Assembly: GCF_013365435.1 (NCBI RefSeq)
Contig: NZ_CP046577.1
Coordinates: 900,001-932,000 of the forward strand
Source of the DNA: Wolbachia endosymbiont of Litomosoides sigmodontis
GTDB lineage: Bacteria > Pseudomonadota > Alphaproteobacteria > Rickettsiales > Anaplasmataceae
Length of the DNA stretch: 32,000 bases
Direction: 5' to 3'
Within the stretch, counting starts at the first letter, position 1, and every line of letters begins with the position of its first letter. This document shows, piece by piece, positions 10,041-18,901 of the stretch. A program made the translations under genes and the position numbers. The notes beneath the pieces are model-generated. The model was given only the letters and a program-made list of their open reading frames with translations, was not told where the DNA came from and did not search any database.

Positions 10041-11531
10041 ATGAAAGCTTGTTATTCATTTGACGATATACTCCTTTTACCAGCTTATTCTAATATATTG
10101 CCTTGTGACGCAGATACAAAAACTTATTTAACAAATAGTATAGAACTCAACATCCCTCTGATATCTTCTGCAATGGATACTGTCACTGAATCAGATTTTG
10201 CAATAGCTATTGCACAACATGGTGGAATAGGTTGCATACATAAAAACTTATCAATAGATGAGCAAGCTTCAGAAGTAAGGAGAGTAAAAAAATACGAAAG
10301 TTGGATCGTATACAACCCAATCACAATTTCCCCGGACAAAACAGTTGCAGAAGCAATTTCATTGATGAAAGAGCATGATTATTCTTGTATTCCTGTAGTT
10401 GAGCAATGCAAGTTAGTCGGAATTTTAACTAACAAAGATATAAGATTTATTGAAAATCAGAACATGAGTACAAAAGTCTCTGAGGTAATGACAAAAGAGA
10501 AATTAGTTACAGTACGGGAGCAGGGGATAGACAGCACTTCAGCAATGAAACTCCTGCATGAAAACAGGATAGAGAAGCTTTTGGTCATAGATGAAAACTT
10601 CTGCTGCATAGGTCTGATCACAGCTAAAGACATTAAAGAATACAATAGATACCCCAATTCATGCAAAGATAGTAAAGGGCGGCTCAGAGTTGCCGCTGCA
10701 GTTGGCACTGGTAAAAAAGATGGTATAGAAAGATGTGAAGCTTTGATCAGAGAAGAGATTGACGTGATTATTGTAGATACTGCTCACGGTCATTCCGAAA
10801 ATGTTATTAATACTATTAAAGAAATAAAAACAATGTATCCAAGTACGCAGCTAGTTGCTGGAAATATTACAACAAAAGAAGCTGCTGAAGCGTTGATTAA
10901 CGCTGGTGCTGATGCAGTAAAGGTTGGGGTAGGGCCTGGATCAATTTGTACAACTAGAATAGTTACAGGTGTGGGTGTTCCACAATTTTCTGCAATCCAA
11001 AGCGTTGCAGAGACATGTAAAACAAGAAAAGTAAGGTTAATTGCTGATGGTGGAGTGAAATACTCAGGAGATATTGCAAAAGCTATTGCAGCTGGTGCTG
11101 ATTCCGTGATGATAGGTGCAATTTTTGCTGGTACTAATGAAAGTCCAGGTGAGATTATCATGTATAAAGGTAGAGCATATAAAAGTTATCGAGGAATGGG
11201 GTCTATCAGTGCAATGAAACGAGGTTCTGCTAGCCGTTATTTTCAAGATAAAGATCCAAAACTCAAATTAGTTCCACAAGGAGTGGAAGGAAGAGTGCCA
11301 TTCAAAGGTCCAGCTTCAGGAGTAATTCATCAATTAATTGGTGGGTTACAAGCTGCAATGGGGTATACCGGTAATAGAAATATAGAAGAGATGAAGAAAA
11401 ATTGTAAGTTTACAGTTATGACTGCATCAGGATTAAGAGAAAGCCATGTTCATGACATAACTATCACACAGGAATCTCCAAATTATGTTTATCAAGTATC
11501 CAACAACTTGTCAAGTGATTCAGACATCTAA
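10041..11531 (+). CDS. guaB: IMP dehydrogenase, copy 2
   Basis: A 496-aa ORF with 10 nucleotide differences from copy 1, giving D139N, E453K, I492S and V496I plus 6 synonymous changes. All catalytic motifs are intact. Confidence 0.97.
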   Translation: MKACYSFDDILLLPAYSNILPCDADTKTYLTNSIELNIPLISSAMDTVTESDFAIAIAQHGGIGCIHKNLSIDEQASEVRRVKKYESWIVYNPITISPDKTVAEAISLMKEHDYSCIPVVEQCKLVGILTNKDIRFIENQNMSTKVSEVMTKEKLVTVREQGIDSTSAMKLLHENRIEKLLVIDENFCCIGLITAKDIKEYNRYPNSCKDSKGRLRVAAAVGTGKKDGIERCEALIREEIDVIIVDTAHGHSENVINTIKEIKTMYPSTQLVAGNITTKEAAEALINAGADAVKVGVGPGSICTTRIVTGVGVPQFSAIQSVAETCKTRKVRLIADGGVKYSGDIAKAIAAGADSVMIGAIFAGTNESPGEIIMYKGRAYKSYRGMGSISAMKRGSASRYFQDKDPKLKLVPQGVEGRVPFKGPASGVIHQLIGGLQAAMGYTGNRNIEEMKKNCKFTVMTASGLRESHVHDITITQESPNYVYQVSNNLSSDSDI

Positions 11532-11767
11532 TTGTTAATTGCCAGCTAATACAGTAAAAGTAAACAGGATAAAGCAGAAATTTTTGCACTAATACAAAAG
11601 TCCCTGCTGTAGTTAAAAATGCATTATTCCTTAATTTGTCAAGTTATAATGCACGTTTGTTGATCTATGTAATATATATTATACCTGTACTTGCCTGTAC
11701 ATCCTACTACATCTACCCCGCATCATTATCAATTACCCACCTTCACCATCTTCTGCTCTATCTTCAT

Positions 11768-12425
11768 TATAAGACCAATTTCTACTATATAAAGAACGGA
11801 TAGACAATAATGAACAAGATAAAGGTAGACAGGAAGAGTTTAAAAAATTTAATGAGGCTATATTGGTAAGTGTCTATGAATAAGAGTTACTTTTCTTTGA
11901 TGAATTGAGGTTTGGTATACATTCAAAATTGGACACAGATGATTTAAAAAGGACTTAGAACACAGGTTAAAGTAAAATTAGGTAGACAAAAAAATTCTTA
12001 TCTCTACAGTGCAGTAGATTCTAGCAGTGAAGAAAGTTCTAGTTTATTTGTAATGAATACCAAGATTTATTATATGAATATATTTCTTGAACAAATGTCA
12101 CAATATTAAAGAACATGAGAAGCTTTATTAATATAAAATTAATATTAGCATGTTAGCCTGTCTTATCAGGAATTATACTAGCTAGTATAAGTCAAAAAAT
12201 TTAAAGGTACCTAAAAATATTGAAATTATATATTCACCAGAACTCAGTCCTTTTGAGAGACTTTAGTTGTATATAAAATAAAATGTTTTGTGTAATAAAG
12301 TCTATAATAGAATTGCTTTACTTGAGAGTTCTTTGTACAAATTTATTATCTCTCTTCCTCATTTCGCAATCAAACAATTCTGCAACGTCACTTATTTGAC
12401 CTACAAACAAAGAGAATTAATATAA
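11768..12425 (+). mobile_element. IS630-family element with a ~570-bp internal deletion
   Basis: Both ends are present: left ..TATAAGACCAATTTCTACTATATAAAGAACGGATAG and right ..GACCTACAAACAAAGAGAATTAATATA. The sequence jumps from ..AATGAACAAGA directly to TAAAGGTAGACAGG, which is the equivalent of 8315->8891 in the full copy. Confidence 0.8.
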
Positions 12426-12647
12426 GTTTTTGTGATTGCAAACATTAAAGACATCAGGTCAGAAACTACTCTTCTACTTCATTGAAAAGTGTTTTACACG
12501 AACTAGAATAGCTTTTGTAAAGTCAAGGTGATTTCAACTTCTTCAATTGCAGTTTCATCTATAAATTAGGACAGTTCTTTTAAAGATTCATCCTTTATGA
12601 AATATTTTGTCATAAAATAAACCCATTAAGTTTTAACAATAGGCGTT

Positions 12648-12684
12648 TATGCTAATGTACTAATATTAGCTTTATATTAATAAA
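12648..12684 (-). mobile_element. Short isolated fragment of the same IS family
   Basis: TATGCTAATGTACTAATATTAGCTTTATATTAATAAA matches the minus-orientation internal IS segment (compare 4585-4625 and 14355-14390) at about 34 of 38 positions by eye. Confidence 0.45.
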
Positions 12685-12967
12685 AATATAAAATTACTTT
12701 CATGAGTAATTTTGTTACATAGCTAATTTGGAGCAAATAAAAAAGCGACCAGAATATACAATTATTACATATTTTATTATAAAACGAACATCCTAACTAT
12801 ACACATGTTATAAAATAGTAGTCAGCACAGCTAATTTACGTTTGACCCCACATTAACAATATTTTTATTATTATATGAGATAAGTAGACTAGTACTTATA
12901 AATTCATACCATGTTACACATAGTTCAGGAGAGTAAAATTTATTGGCTACGCACTGGAATAATATAA

Positions 12968-13795
12968 ATGTGCAACCTAGATACTGCAACACTTAGACCT
13001 GTACTTGCTTATATATTATTAATTTGCGCCACAATCTTATTAAGAGTTTCTACTGTTCATGCTAACGAAAATTTGGAGATACAAAAAGCCTTTGATAGCG
13101 TCGCTAAGCATATAAAAGCCGACAAAAAATATAAAGACCTTGATGTTATTGAGAGAAAGAGTGACAAATTTAATATCAAAATTTCACAAAACCCAAGCAA
13201 AAGCTTTAGCATGCACTCTATCTTAGAAAAGGTAAAGGATTCCTTTAAGTCAGGAGATAGTAAAACAGCTATCTCTCTTCTTAATCAAGTTATTGCAAAA
13301 TTTGCTCATCATAAAAATGCTTTAATTTGGCTAGGAAACATTTATTATGCTAACAAAGAATATAAAAGAGCTATAGAAATATGGATAAAACTTTTAAAAG
13401 AAAATCCTGATAATTCTTACATACTAGAAAACTTTCTAACAATAATTTCACAGTATAATCCTAATCTAGCATTAAATGAAATGTTAAAATTGTATGATAT
13501 ACAAAAAAAATTTACTCCTTTGTTAGCAAACTTAGGTCTAATCTATATGAAAAAGGAAAATTATATAAAAGCCAAAGAATATATGGTAACTGCAATTTCC
13601 TTTGATCAAAATAATATTTTTTATATCTATAATCTAGCTATCATTCTAGACAAACTATCAGATTTCAAAAATGCTGCAATAGCTTACTCAAAATTACTGA
13701 ATATGGCTGTAAATTTGAAGAATGTGAGCAAGATAATCCCCATAGGCAAGGTAGAAACAAGACTAAAATTTATAAAACTTCACAACATGGACTAA
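12968..13795 (+). CDS. Secreted/periplasmic tetratricopeptide-repeat protein
   Basis: The 275-aa ORF has an N-terminal signal-like segment, LRPVLAYILLICATILLRVSTVHA. TPR-type repeats are visible: ALIWLGNIYYANKEYKRAIEIWIKLLKENPDN, and ANLGLIYMKKENYIKAKEYMVTAISFDQNN..YNLAIILDKLSDFKNAAIAYSKLL. Confidence 0.75.
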   Translation: MCNLDTATLRPVLAYILLICATILLRVSTVHANENLEIQKAFDSVAKHIKADKKYKDLDVIERKSDKFNIKISQNPSKSFSMHSILEKVKDSFKSGDSKTAISLLNQVIAKFAHHKNALIWLGNIYYANKEYKRAIEIWIKLLKENPDNSYILENFLTIISQYNPNLALNEMLKLYDIQKKFTPLLANLGLIYMKKENYIKAKEYMVTAISFDQNNIFYIYNLAIILDKLSDFKNAAIAYSKLLNMAVNLKNVSKIIPIGKVETRLKFIKLHNMD

Positions 13796-13972
13796 ACGAT
13801 TTTATGAAAGCTTGTGATCTAATATTATTTCAGTTATCTGAACTAATTTACTGAGTATAAGATAGCTGCGTACTCAACTAGTCACAACACCACCTAATTT
13901 TAGGAAAAATCAACCACTCTAAGATAATATATTTCCAAGAATATAGAATAAAAGGCGAGGTATAATCAATGA

Positions 13973-14082
13973 ATGAGTATCAAAAGCGACCTATTAATTC
14001 AAGCTACTAAATATAACAATAAAGAAATTGTAAAACTTACTCTAGTACTCTTCAGTACATTAGATAAACTCTTTTCATCTGT
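13973..14082 (+). pseudogene. Possible ankyrin-repeat gene stub truncated by IS insertion
   Basis: My translation from ATG 13973 gives MSIKSDLLIQATKYNNKEIVKLTLVLFSTLDKLFSS, which runs straight into the IS terminus at 14083. LLIQATKYNNKEIVKL resembles the ANK consensus L..A...GN.EIVKLLL. The match is short and weak. Confidence 0.25.
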
Positions 14083-15203
14083 AATACTAATTCTCATTGT
14101 AGTAAGTCAAATAAGTGACGTTGCAGAATTATTTGATTGCTGAGTAAGAAAGAGAGATAATAAATTTGTACAAAGAGTTCTCAAGTAAAGCAATTCTATT
14201 ATAGACTTTATTACACAAAACATTTTATTTTATATACAACTAAAGTCTCTCAAAAGGACTGAGCTCTGGTAAGTATATGTGGTGGATATATAATTTCAAT
14301 ATTTTTAGGTACCTTTAAATCTTTGAATCATGCTAACCAGCACAATTTATGATAAAATATGCTAATATTAATTTTATATTAATAAAGCTTCTCGTATTCT
14401 TAAATATTGTAACATTTGTTCAAGAAATATATTCATATAATAAATGTTGGCATTCATTGCAAATAAACTAGAACTTTCTCCGCTGCCAGAATTAGCTATA
14501 CTGTAGAGATAAGAATTTTGTCTACCTAATTTCACTTTTAACCTGTGTTCTAACATCCCTTTTAAATCATCTGTGTCCAATTTTTGAATATATACCAAAC
14601 CTCAATTCATTAAAGAAAAATAACTCTTGTTCATAGGCACTTACCAATAGCTTTGTTAAATTTTTAAACTCTTCCCGTCTACCTTTATCTTGCTCGTTGT
14701 AAATTGGTCTTGGCGTAGTATACAGAAACTTCATTTTTACATATTACAATGTGCTGTAGTCTTGCTGACATTCAAGCCAAATTTTTCTCTGGATTATTAT
14801 TCTTATTTCTTAAATGGCAATATTAAGGTTTTCTTGTATTTATATTTCAACTTATTCAAATTGACTCTGATTCAATCTAGATTGGGCAGAGAGTAAATAA
14901 CCTTTCTCCTTTTCTAAATTTTAGAGCTTTATTCATGTAGTCAATACTGTTCTCGAAGTACAACACGCTTTTGCTACGGCTCTGTTATATTGTACTTTTT
15001 TTGTTGCAATTACAGCATTTAATTTTTTTGTAATATATATGTCATTTCGCACTTTCTTTAACATTTCTTTTGCTGATTTCACGACTTTTTCATTCAATAA
15101 TTTTAATTTCAATGCCATTTGAACCTCGCAATTTTACTTACTCCAGTAAGACTTCCTGTCTATTATTGTTCACACATTCCTTGTGCATTGGGAATTAGTA
15201 TTA
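14083..15203 (-). mobile_element. IS630-family element, near full-length, degenerate
   Basis: The right-end TIR TAATACTAATTCTCATTGTAGTAAGTCAAATAAGTGA is at 14083 and the left end at about 15203. Supplied ORFs 14933-15118 (HTH: MALKLKLLNEKVVKSAKEMLKKVRNDIYITKKLNAVIATKK..) and 14374-14598 (..LEHRLKVKLGRQNSYLYSIANSGSGES..MNIFLEQM..) are transposase fragments in different frames. Confidence 0.85.
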
Positions 15204-15210
15204 GCTGCAC

Positions 15211-15238
15211 AGTCCCAGTGTTAAGCACTTGTATGACA
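15211..15238. repeat. Fragment resembling a Rickettsiales/Wolbachia-type palindromic repeat
   Basis: AGTCCCAGTGTTAAGCACTTGTATGACA contains a decayed CCAGTG..CACTGG hairpin. It is about 64% identical by eye to the second half of the hemH insertion (GATTCCAGCATCATGCACAGGAATGACA). Confidence 0.3.
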
Positions 15239-15297
15239 CCAAGTGTGATAGCCAACACTTTTTATGTAAGCCGTGTAGTCATGCAAGAAGTCTATCA

Positions 15298-16728
15298 TTA
15301 AAAAATCAAAAGCCTAACGATTAGGCCTATAATTATAGACCACAGTAAAAAGTAAATTTTTCCATTTGATTTATTCTTAACTTGAATATTCTCTAGTTTC
15401 TGATTAGCTATTAGGTTTAATTTTTCTACAAGACTAAAAATCTCTTGAATTGTTCTTAAGGAACAAGAGTTTTTTATTTTCTCTTTATAGCTTATTTTAC
15501 GTTTATGTTGATTTTCTGTCCATGCTTCAACCACCTTCCACATATTAATTTTGGGGTAGATTTTTCTACAAGTTCCCTCTAGCAAAATCATAGTTTTTTG
15601 TAGAAGTAATAATTGTGTTTGAACTTCCATATCAAAATCATCAGTTATTTTTAATAATTGAGCAAGTAAATTAGCAAAAGAAATTTTCTGTATAGGCTGT
15701 CCTATAATAGGTTCACCTATTGCTCTGCACGCCGTAATAAAACTTTTATGCTGCGGTGAAACATAGCCAGCTCTAAAGTGCACTTTTGCAACTCGATCAT
15801 AATCTCGATTCAAAAAACCTTTCAGTATTTCTATTACATAGTAACATGTTTCTCGATCTATTCTACCCATAATCCCACAATCTAAAGCAATAATATTGTT
15901 GTTACTATCAATCATTAGATTGCCAGGATGCATATCCGCGTGAAAGAAACAATCTCTGTATACTTGGTTGCAAAACGACTCTATAAGATTAATAGCTATT
16001 TGCTTATGATTATTTAGTTTTTCAACCTCATATATTGGTGTAGCCTCTATCCACTCCAGTGTTAGAACCCTCTTTGAAGTTCTACTCCAATCTACTTTAG
16101 GAACATAAAAACCTCTGTCATTTTTTGTATTTTCTCTAAGCTCTGAAGAGTGAGCAGCTTCAAAACGTAGATCTAGCTCTAATCGGCAAATTTCAGCAAA
16201 AGTTTCAACTAACTTGATTGGTTTCAGCCTCCTTGATTGCTTGCTAAATTTTCCTGTAATTCCTGCAAGCCAAAAAAGCATTTTGATATCTTTTGAGAAC
16301 GTTTTTTCAATATTTGGCCTTAAAACTTTTACAGCAACTTCTTTACCTTCTGTTGTAATTGCCTTATAAACCTGAGAAATTGACGCTGCTGCAATTGGCT
16401 TCTCAGAAAAACTTGAAAAAACATCACCCAACTTACAATTAAATTCGCTCTCTATAGTTTTAATTGCTATTTTGTGTGAAAAAGAAGGTAATCTATCACA
16501 TATCAACAACAAGTTATTCGTTATATCCTCATTTAAAATATCAGTACGTGATGAGATAGACTGCCCAAATTTAATAAACACCGGACCTAATTTCTCAAGA
16601 GCGCATTTTAGTCTATAGCCCTGTATTTTATTTATTGACTTCCTTGACGGAGAAAGTAAATAAGGTGATATGTTATACTGAGTTAGTACTACAGTTATAT
16701 ACAAAAGGCGCAGAATATTTTGAATCAT
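15298..16728 (-). CDS. ubiB: UbiB/ABC1-family atypical kinase (ubiquinone biosynthesis regulator)
   Basis: The 476-aa ORF contains LGPVFIKFGQSISSRTDIL, PIAAASISQVYKA..G.EVAVKVLRP, FFHADMHPGNL and a C-terminal TM segment. Its start overlaps the znuC stop (ATGA at 16725-16728). Confidence 0.9.
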   Translation of the reverse strand: MIQNILRLLYITVVLTQYNISPYLLSPSRKSINKIQGYRLKCALEKLGPVFIKFGQSISSRTDILNEDITNNLLLICDRLPSFSHKIAIKTIESEFNCKLGDVFSSFSEKPIAAASISQVYKAITTEGKEVAVKVLRPNIEKTFSKDIKMLFWLAGITGKFSKQSRRLKPIKLVETFAEICRLELDLRFEAAHSSELRENTKNDRGFYVPKVDWSRTSKRVLTLEWIEATPIYEVEKLNNHKQIAINLIESFCNQVYRDCFFHADMHPGNLMIDSNNNIIALDCGIMGRIDRETCYYVIEILKGFLNRDYDRVAKVHFRAGYVSPQHKSFITACRAIGEPIIGQPIQKISFANLLAQLLKITDDFDMEVQTQLLLLQKTMILLEGTCRKIYPKINMWKVVEAWTENQHKRKISYKEKIKNSCSLRTIQEIFSLVEKLNLIANQKLENIQVKNKSNGKIYFLLWSIIIGLIVRLLIF

Positions 16729-17465
16729 TTCGCTATGTAATTGCTAAATATCTCACTTAGAGTTTTGCCCTCCATAATTTTATCGGGCTTACCTTGGCAA
16801 TAGATAGTACGATTTATACAAATAATATAATCTGAACATGGTACAATGGAACTTAAATCATGAGATGTCATAAGGATCGAAATTAATCTGTTTTTTGCTA
16901 TTTTCCCTATAATATCATAAAACTTAGCACGCGCGTTAATGTCCATTGCACTAACAGGCTCATCTAGAATAATCAAGTCAGGCTCTGCAATTAAACAGTG
17001 TGCAAGCAGTAATAATTGCATCTGTCCTGCGGAAATTTCTAATACCTGATTTTTTAAAATATCACCAATACCAACCAAATCTATCACTTCCGTAATAAAA
17101 GATTGACTTTTCTTTATTTTTTTTGAAAAACTATTTAAAAGGAAATATTTAACTGTTATTGGCATTAAATGGCTAATGCTAAAATTTTGTGGCATATAGC
17201 TAATTTTTATATTAGCAGCAAATATAATATTACCTGTATAATTCTTATTTATGCCAGCAACTACCTTCATCAAAGAAGTTTTACCGCCACCATTTGGGCC
17301 AAGTATAGTAACTACATCTCCTTTTTCTATTGATATGTTAATATCATTGAGAACCTTTTTATTATCATATGCAAGAGCAAGATTTTCTATTTTTAGTACA
17401 CTATTATTGACATCATTTAACTTTTTGACAAAATTTAAATTTTTCTCTACGCTTTCATGAGACAT
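16725..17465 (-). CDS. znuC: Zinc/metal ABC transporter ATP-binding protein
   Basis: The 246-aa ORF has Walker A GPNGGGKTS, a signature-like ISAGQMQ, Walker B LIILDEP and H-loop TSHDL. It sits next to a ZnuA/TroA-type binding-protein gene. Confidence 0.85.
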   Translation of the reverse strand: MSHESVEKNLNFVKKLNDVNNSVLKIENLALAYDNKKVLNDINISIEKGDVVTILGPNGGGKTSLMKVVAGINKNYTGNIIFAANIKISYMPQNFSISHLMPITVKYFLLNSFSKKIKKSQSFITEVIDLVGIGDILKNQVLEISAGQMQLLLLAHCLIAEPDLIILDEPVSAMDINARAKFYDIIGKIAKNRLISILMTSHDLSSIVPCSDYIICINRTIYCQGKPDKIMEGKTLSEIFSNYIAK

Positions 17466-18353
17466 TTACTAGCTTTTTTTCTATTACTTTTATTTACACT
17501 ATACTATAATATCGCTCTTTCATCCAATTTAAAAATTGTAGCCACAATAAAGCCTATACATTCACTTGTAGCCTCTGTCACAGATGGAATTTTAAAACCT
17601 AACTTGCTTACTTACATAACATCTGCACACGATCATATATTAAAGCCATCTGACGCGAGTAACTTAGAATCAAGCGATGTTATATTCTACATTGGTGGTA
17701 ACTTAGAAACATTTATTAAAACTTTTACTAAGGGCAAAAAAGAACTTGTGCAGTTGTCAAAAACAATCAATTTACTTCCTGTCAGACCACACTCATTTTC
17801 TAAAAGAATCATCCATACTCAAAATGCAAAAGACCTACACATTTGGCTAAGTCCTGAAAATGCAAAGAGTATGATACTTTCTATAAGTGAAACACTATCC
17901 AACATAGATAAGGAGAACGCTTCCAGGTATAACTACAATGCATTAAAAGCTATACAAGAAATAAATCAAGTAGCAGAAAAAATTACGAGAGGACTGAATG
18001 ATTTTAAAAGTCAAAAATACATAGTCACTCATGATGCTTATCAATATTTTGAAAAATATTTCGGCTTAAATCACCCAAGTGTTATTCTCTCTATAGAAGA
18101 GGACTCTTATATAGGCATGAAAAGCTTAATGAAGCTAAAAAAGGTTATGGAAAAAGAAAACATTAAATGTATATTTTCTCATTCACCAGAAGATAGTATA
18201 AAACCTAAAATCCTTTCCAAGGATGCAAAAATGGTAATCCTTGACCCTATTGGGTCAAATATAGAACCTGGAAAAGATGCATATCTTACTATAATCAACG
18301 AGATTACGCAAAATTTCAAATCCTGTTTTACTGAATATCATCAAAAATCATAG
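17457..18353 (+). CDS. znuA: Metal (Zn/Mn) ABC transporter substrate-binding protein, ZnuA/TroA family
   Basis: The 298-aa ORF starts with the signal peptide MRHLLAFFLLLLFTLYYNIALS. The cluster-9 SBP metal-ligand blocks are present: PIHSL, HDHILKPSD, HIWLSP and THDAYQYF. There is no His-rich loop, so metal specificity is uncertain. Confidence 0.8.
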   Translation: MRHLLAFFLLLLFTLYYNIALSSNLKIVATIKPIHSLVASVTDGILKPNLLTYITSAHDHILKPSDASNLESSDVIFYIGGNLETFIKTFTKGKKELVQLSKTINLLPVRPHSFSKRIIHTQNAKDLHIWLSPENAKSMILSISETLSNIDKENASRYNYNALKAIQEINQVAEKITRGLNDFKSQKYIVTHDAYQYFEKYFGLNHPSVILSIEEDSYIGMKSLMKLKKVMEKENIKCIFSHSPEDSIKPKILSKDAKMVILDPIGSNIEPGKDAYLTIINEITQNFKSCFTEYHQKS

Positions 18354-18383
18354 TAAAATTTAGCTATGTTAGTAAATCTGAAG

Positions 18384-18815
18384 CTATACTAATTCACACT
18401 CAGCAAAAAAGAAAGCTATTTCCTTATGAGCACTTTCTAAACTATCAGAACCGTGAACTCTATTTTCATTAATGTCACCAGCAAAGTCACCTCTGATTGT
18501 ACTCTTATCTGCCTGCTTTGGATCTGTAGCTCCCATGATTTGTCTGTATCTACTAACTGCATTTTCACCAACTAAAACTTGAACTACTACAGGACCAGAA
18601 ATCATAAATTCTATCAATCCTCCAAAAAAAGGTCTATCTTTATGAATCGCATAAAACAGTTCTGCTTGTTTTTTTGTTAATAATATCATCTTTTGTGCTA
18701 TTATCCTTAATCCGGATTTTTCGATATAGGAATTTATATTACCTGTAATATTATTTTTTACCGTATCAGGTTTTAATATAGAAAGTGTCCTCTCAATTAC
18801 CATACTGCCTTGCAT
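18384..18815 (-). CDS. ndk: Nucleoside diphosphate kinase
   Basis: The ORF contains [10 protein letters not shown], the active-site NRVHGSDS and a typical length. The real start is probably M5 (18803), which gives MVIERTLS. Confidence 0.95.
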   Translation of the reverse strand: MQGSMVIERTLSILKPDTVKNNITGNINSYIEKSGLRIIAQKMILLTKKQAELFYAIHKDRPFFGGLIEFMISGPVVVQVLVGENAVSRYRQIMGATDPKQADKSTIRGDFAGDINENRVHGSDSLESAHKEIAFFFAECELV

Positions 18816-18901
18816 AAAATTACATACTCATATATTTATCTTATTGTAAATTCCGGTTTCATAAAAGTAGTTTTTTCTTTATAGTTAAGAATAAATCATC
18901 A

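Larger units (their letters stand above)
5460..12425. repeat. Two-unit head-to-tail tandem duplication (period ~3.5 kb): IS - guaB - IS - guaB - IS
   Basis: 6017-8267 is homologous to 9486-11767, covering the flanks and guaB. The units are separated and flanked by same-orientation IS copies. Sequence after 12425 is unrelated. Confidence 0.9.

Noticed and set aside
6629-11246. Eight minus-strand ORFs inside the two guaB copies (6629-6844, 6962-7213, 7295-7666, 7569-7751 and their duplicates)
   Set aside because: These are shadow ORFs antisense to guaB. They are duplicated only because guaB is duplicated.
6546-11531. guaB duplication as a pure assembly artefact (collapsed or expanded repeat)
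   Set aside because: The two units differ at 10 CDS positions. Their outer flanks are clearly diverged, indel-containing but homologous, which an assembler would not invent. Verification with long reads is still recommended.
8185-13010. 17/18-nt match TTAGACCTGT(G/A)CTTGCT between the guaB downstream spacers (8185-8202 and, more diverged, about 11682-11697) and the 5' end of the TPR gene (12993-13010)
   Set aside because: Extended similarity around the core is only ~55-65% in AT-rich sequence. A single near-perfect 18-mer is within chance expectation for all-against-all comparison of 32 kb, so it is not enough to claim a relationship.
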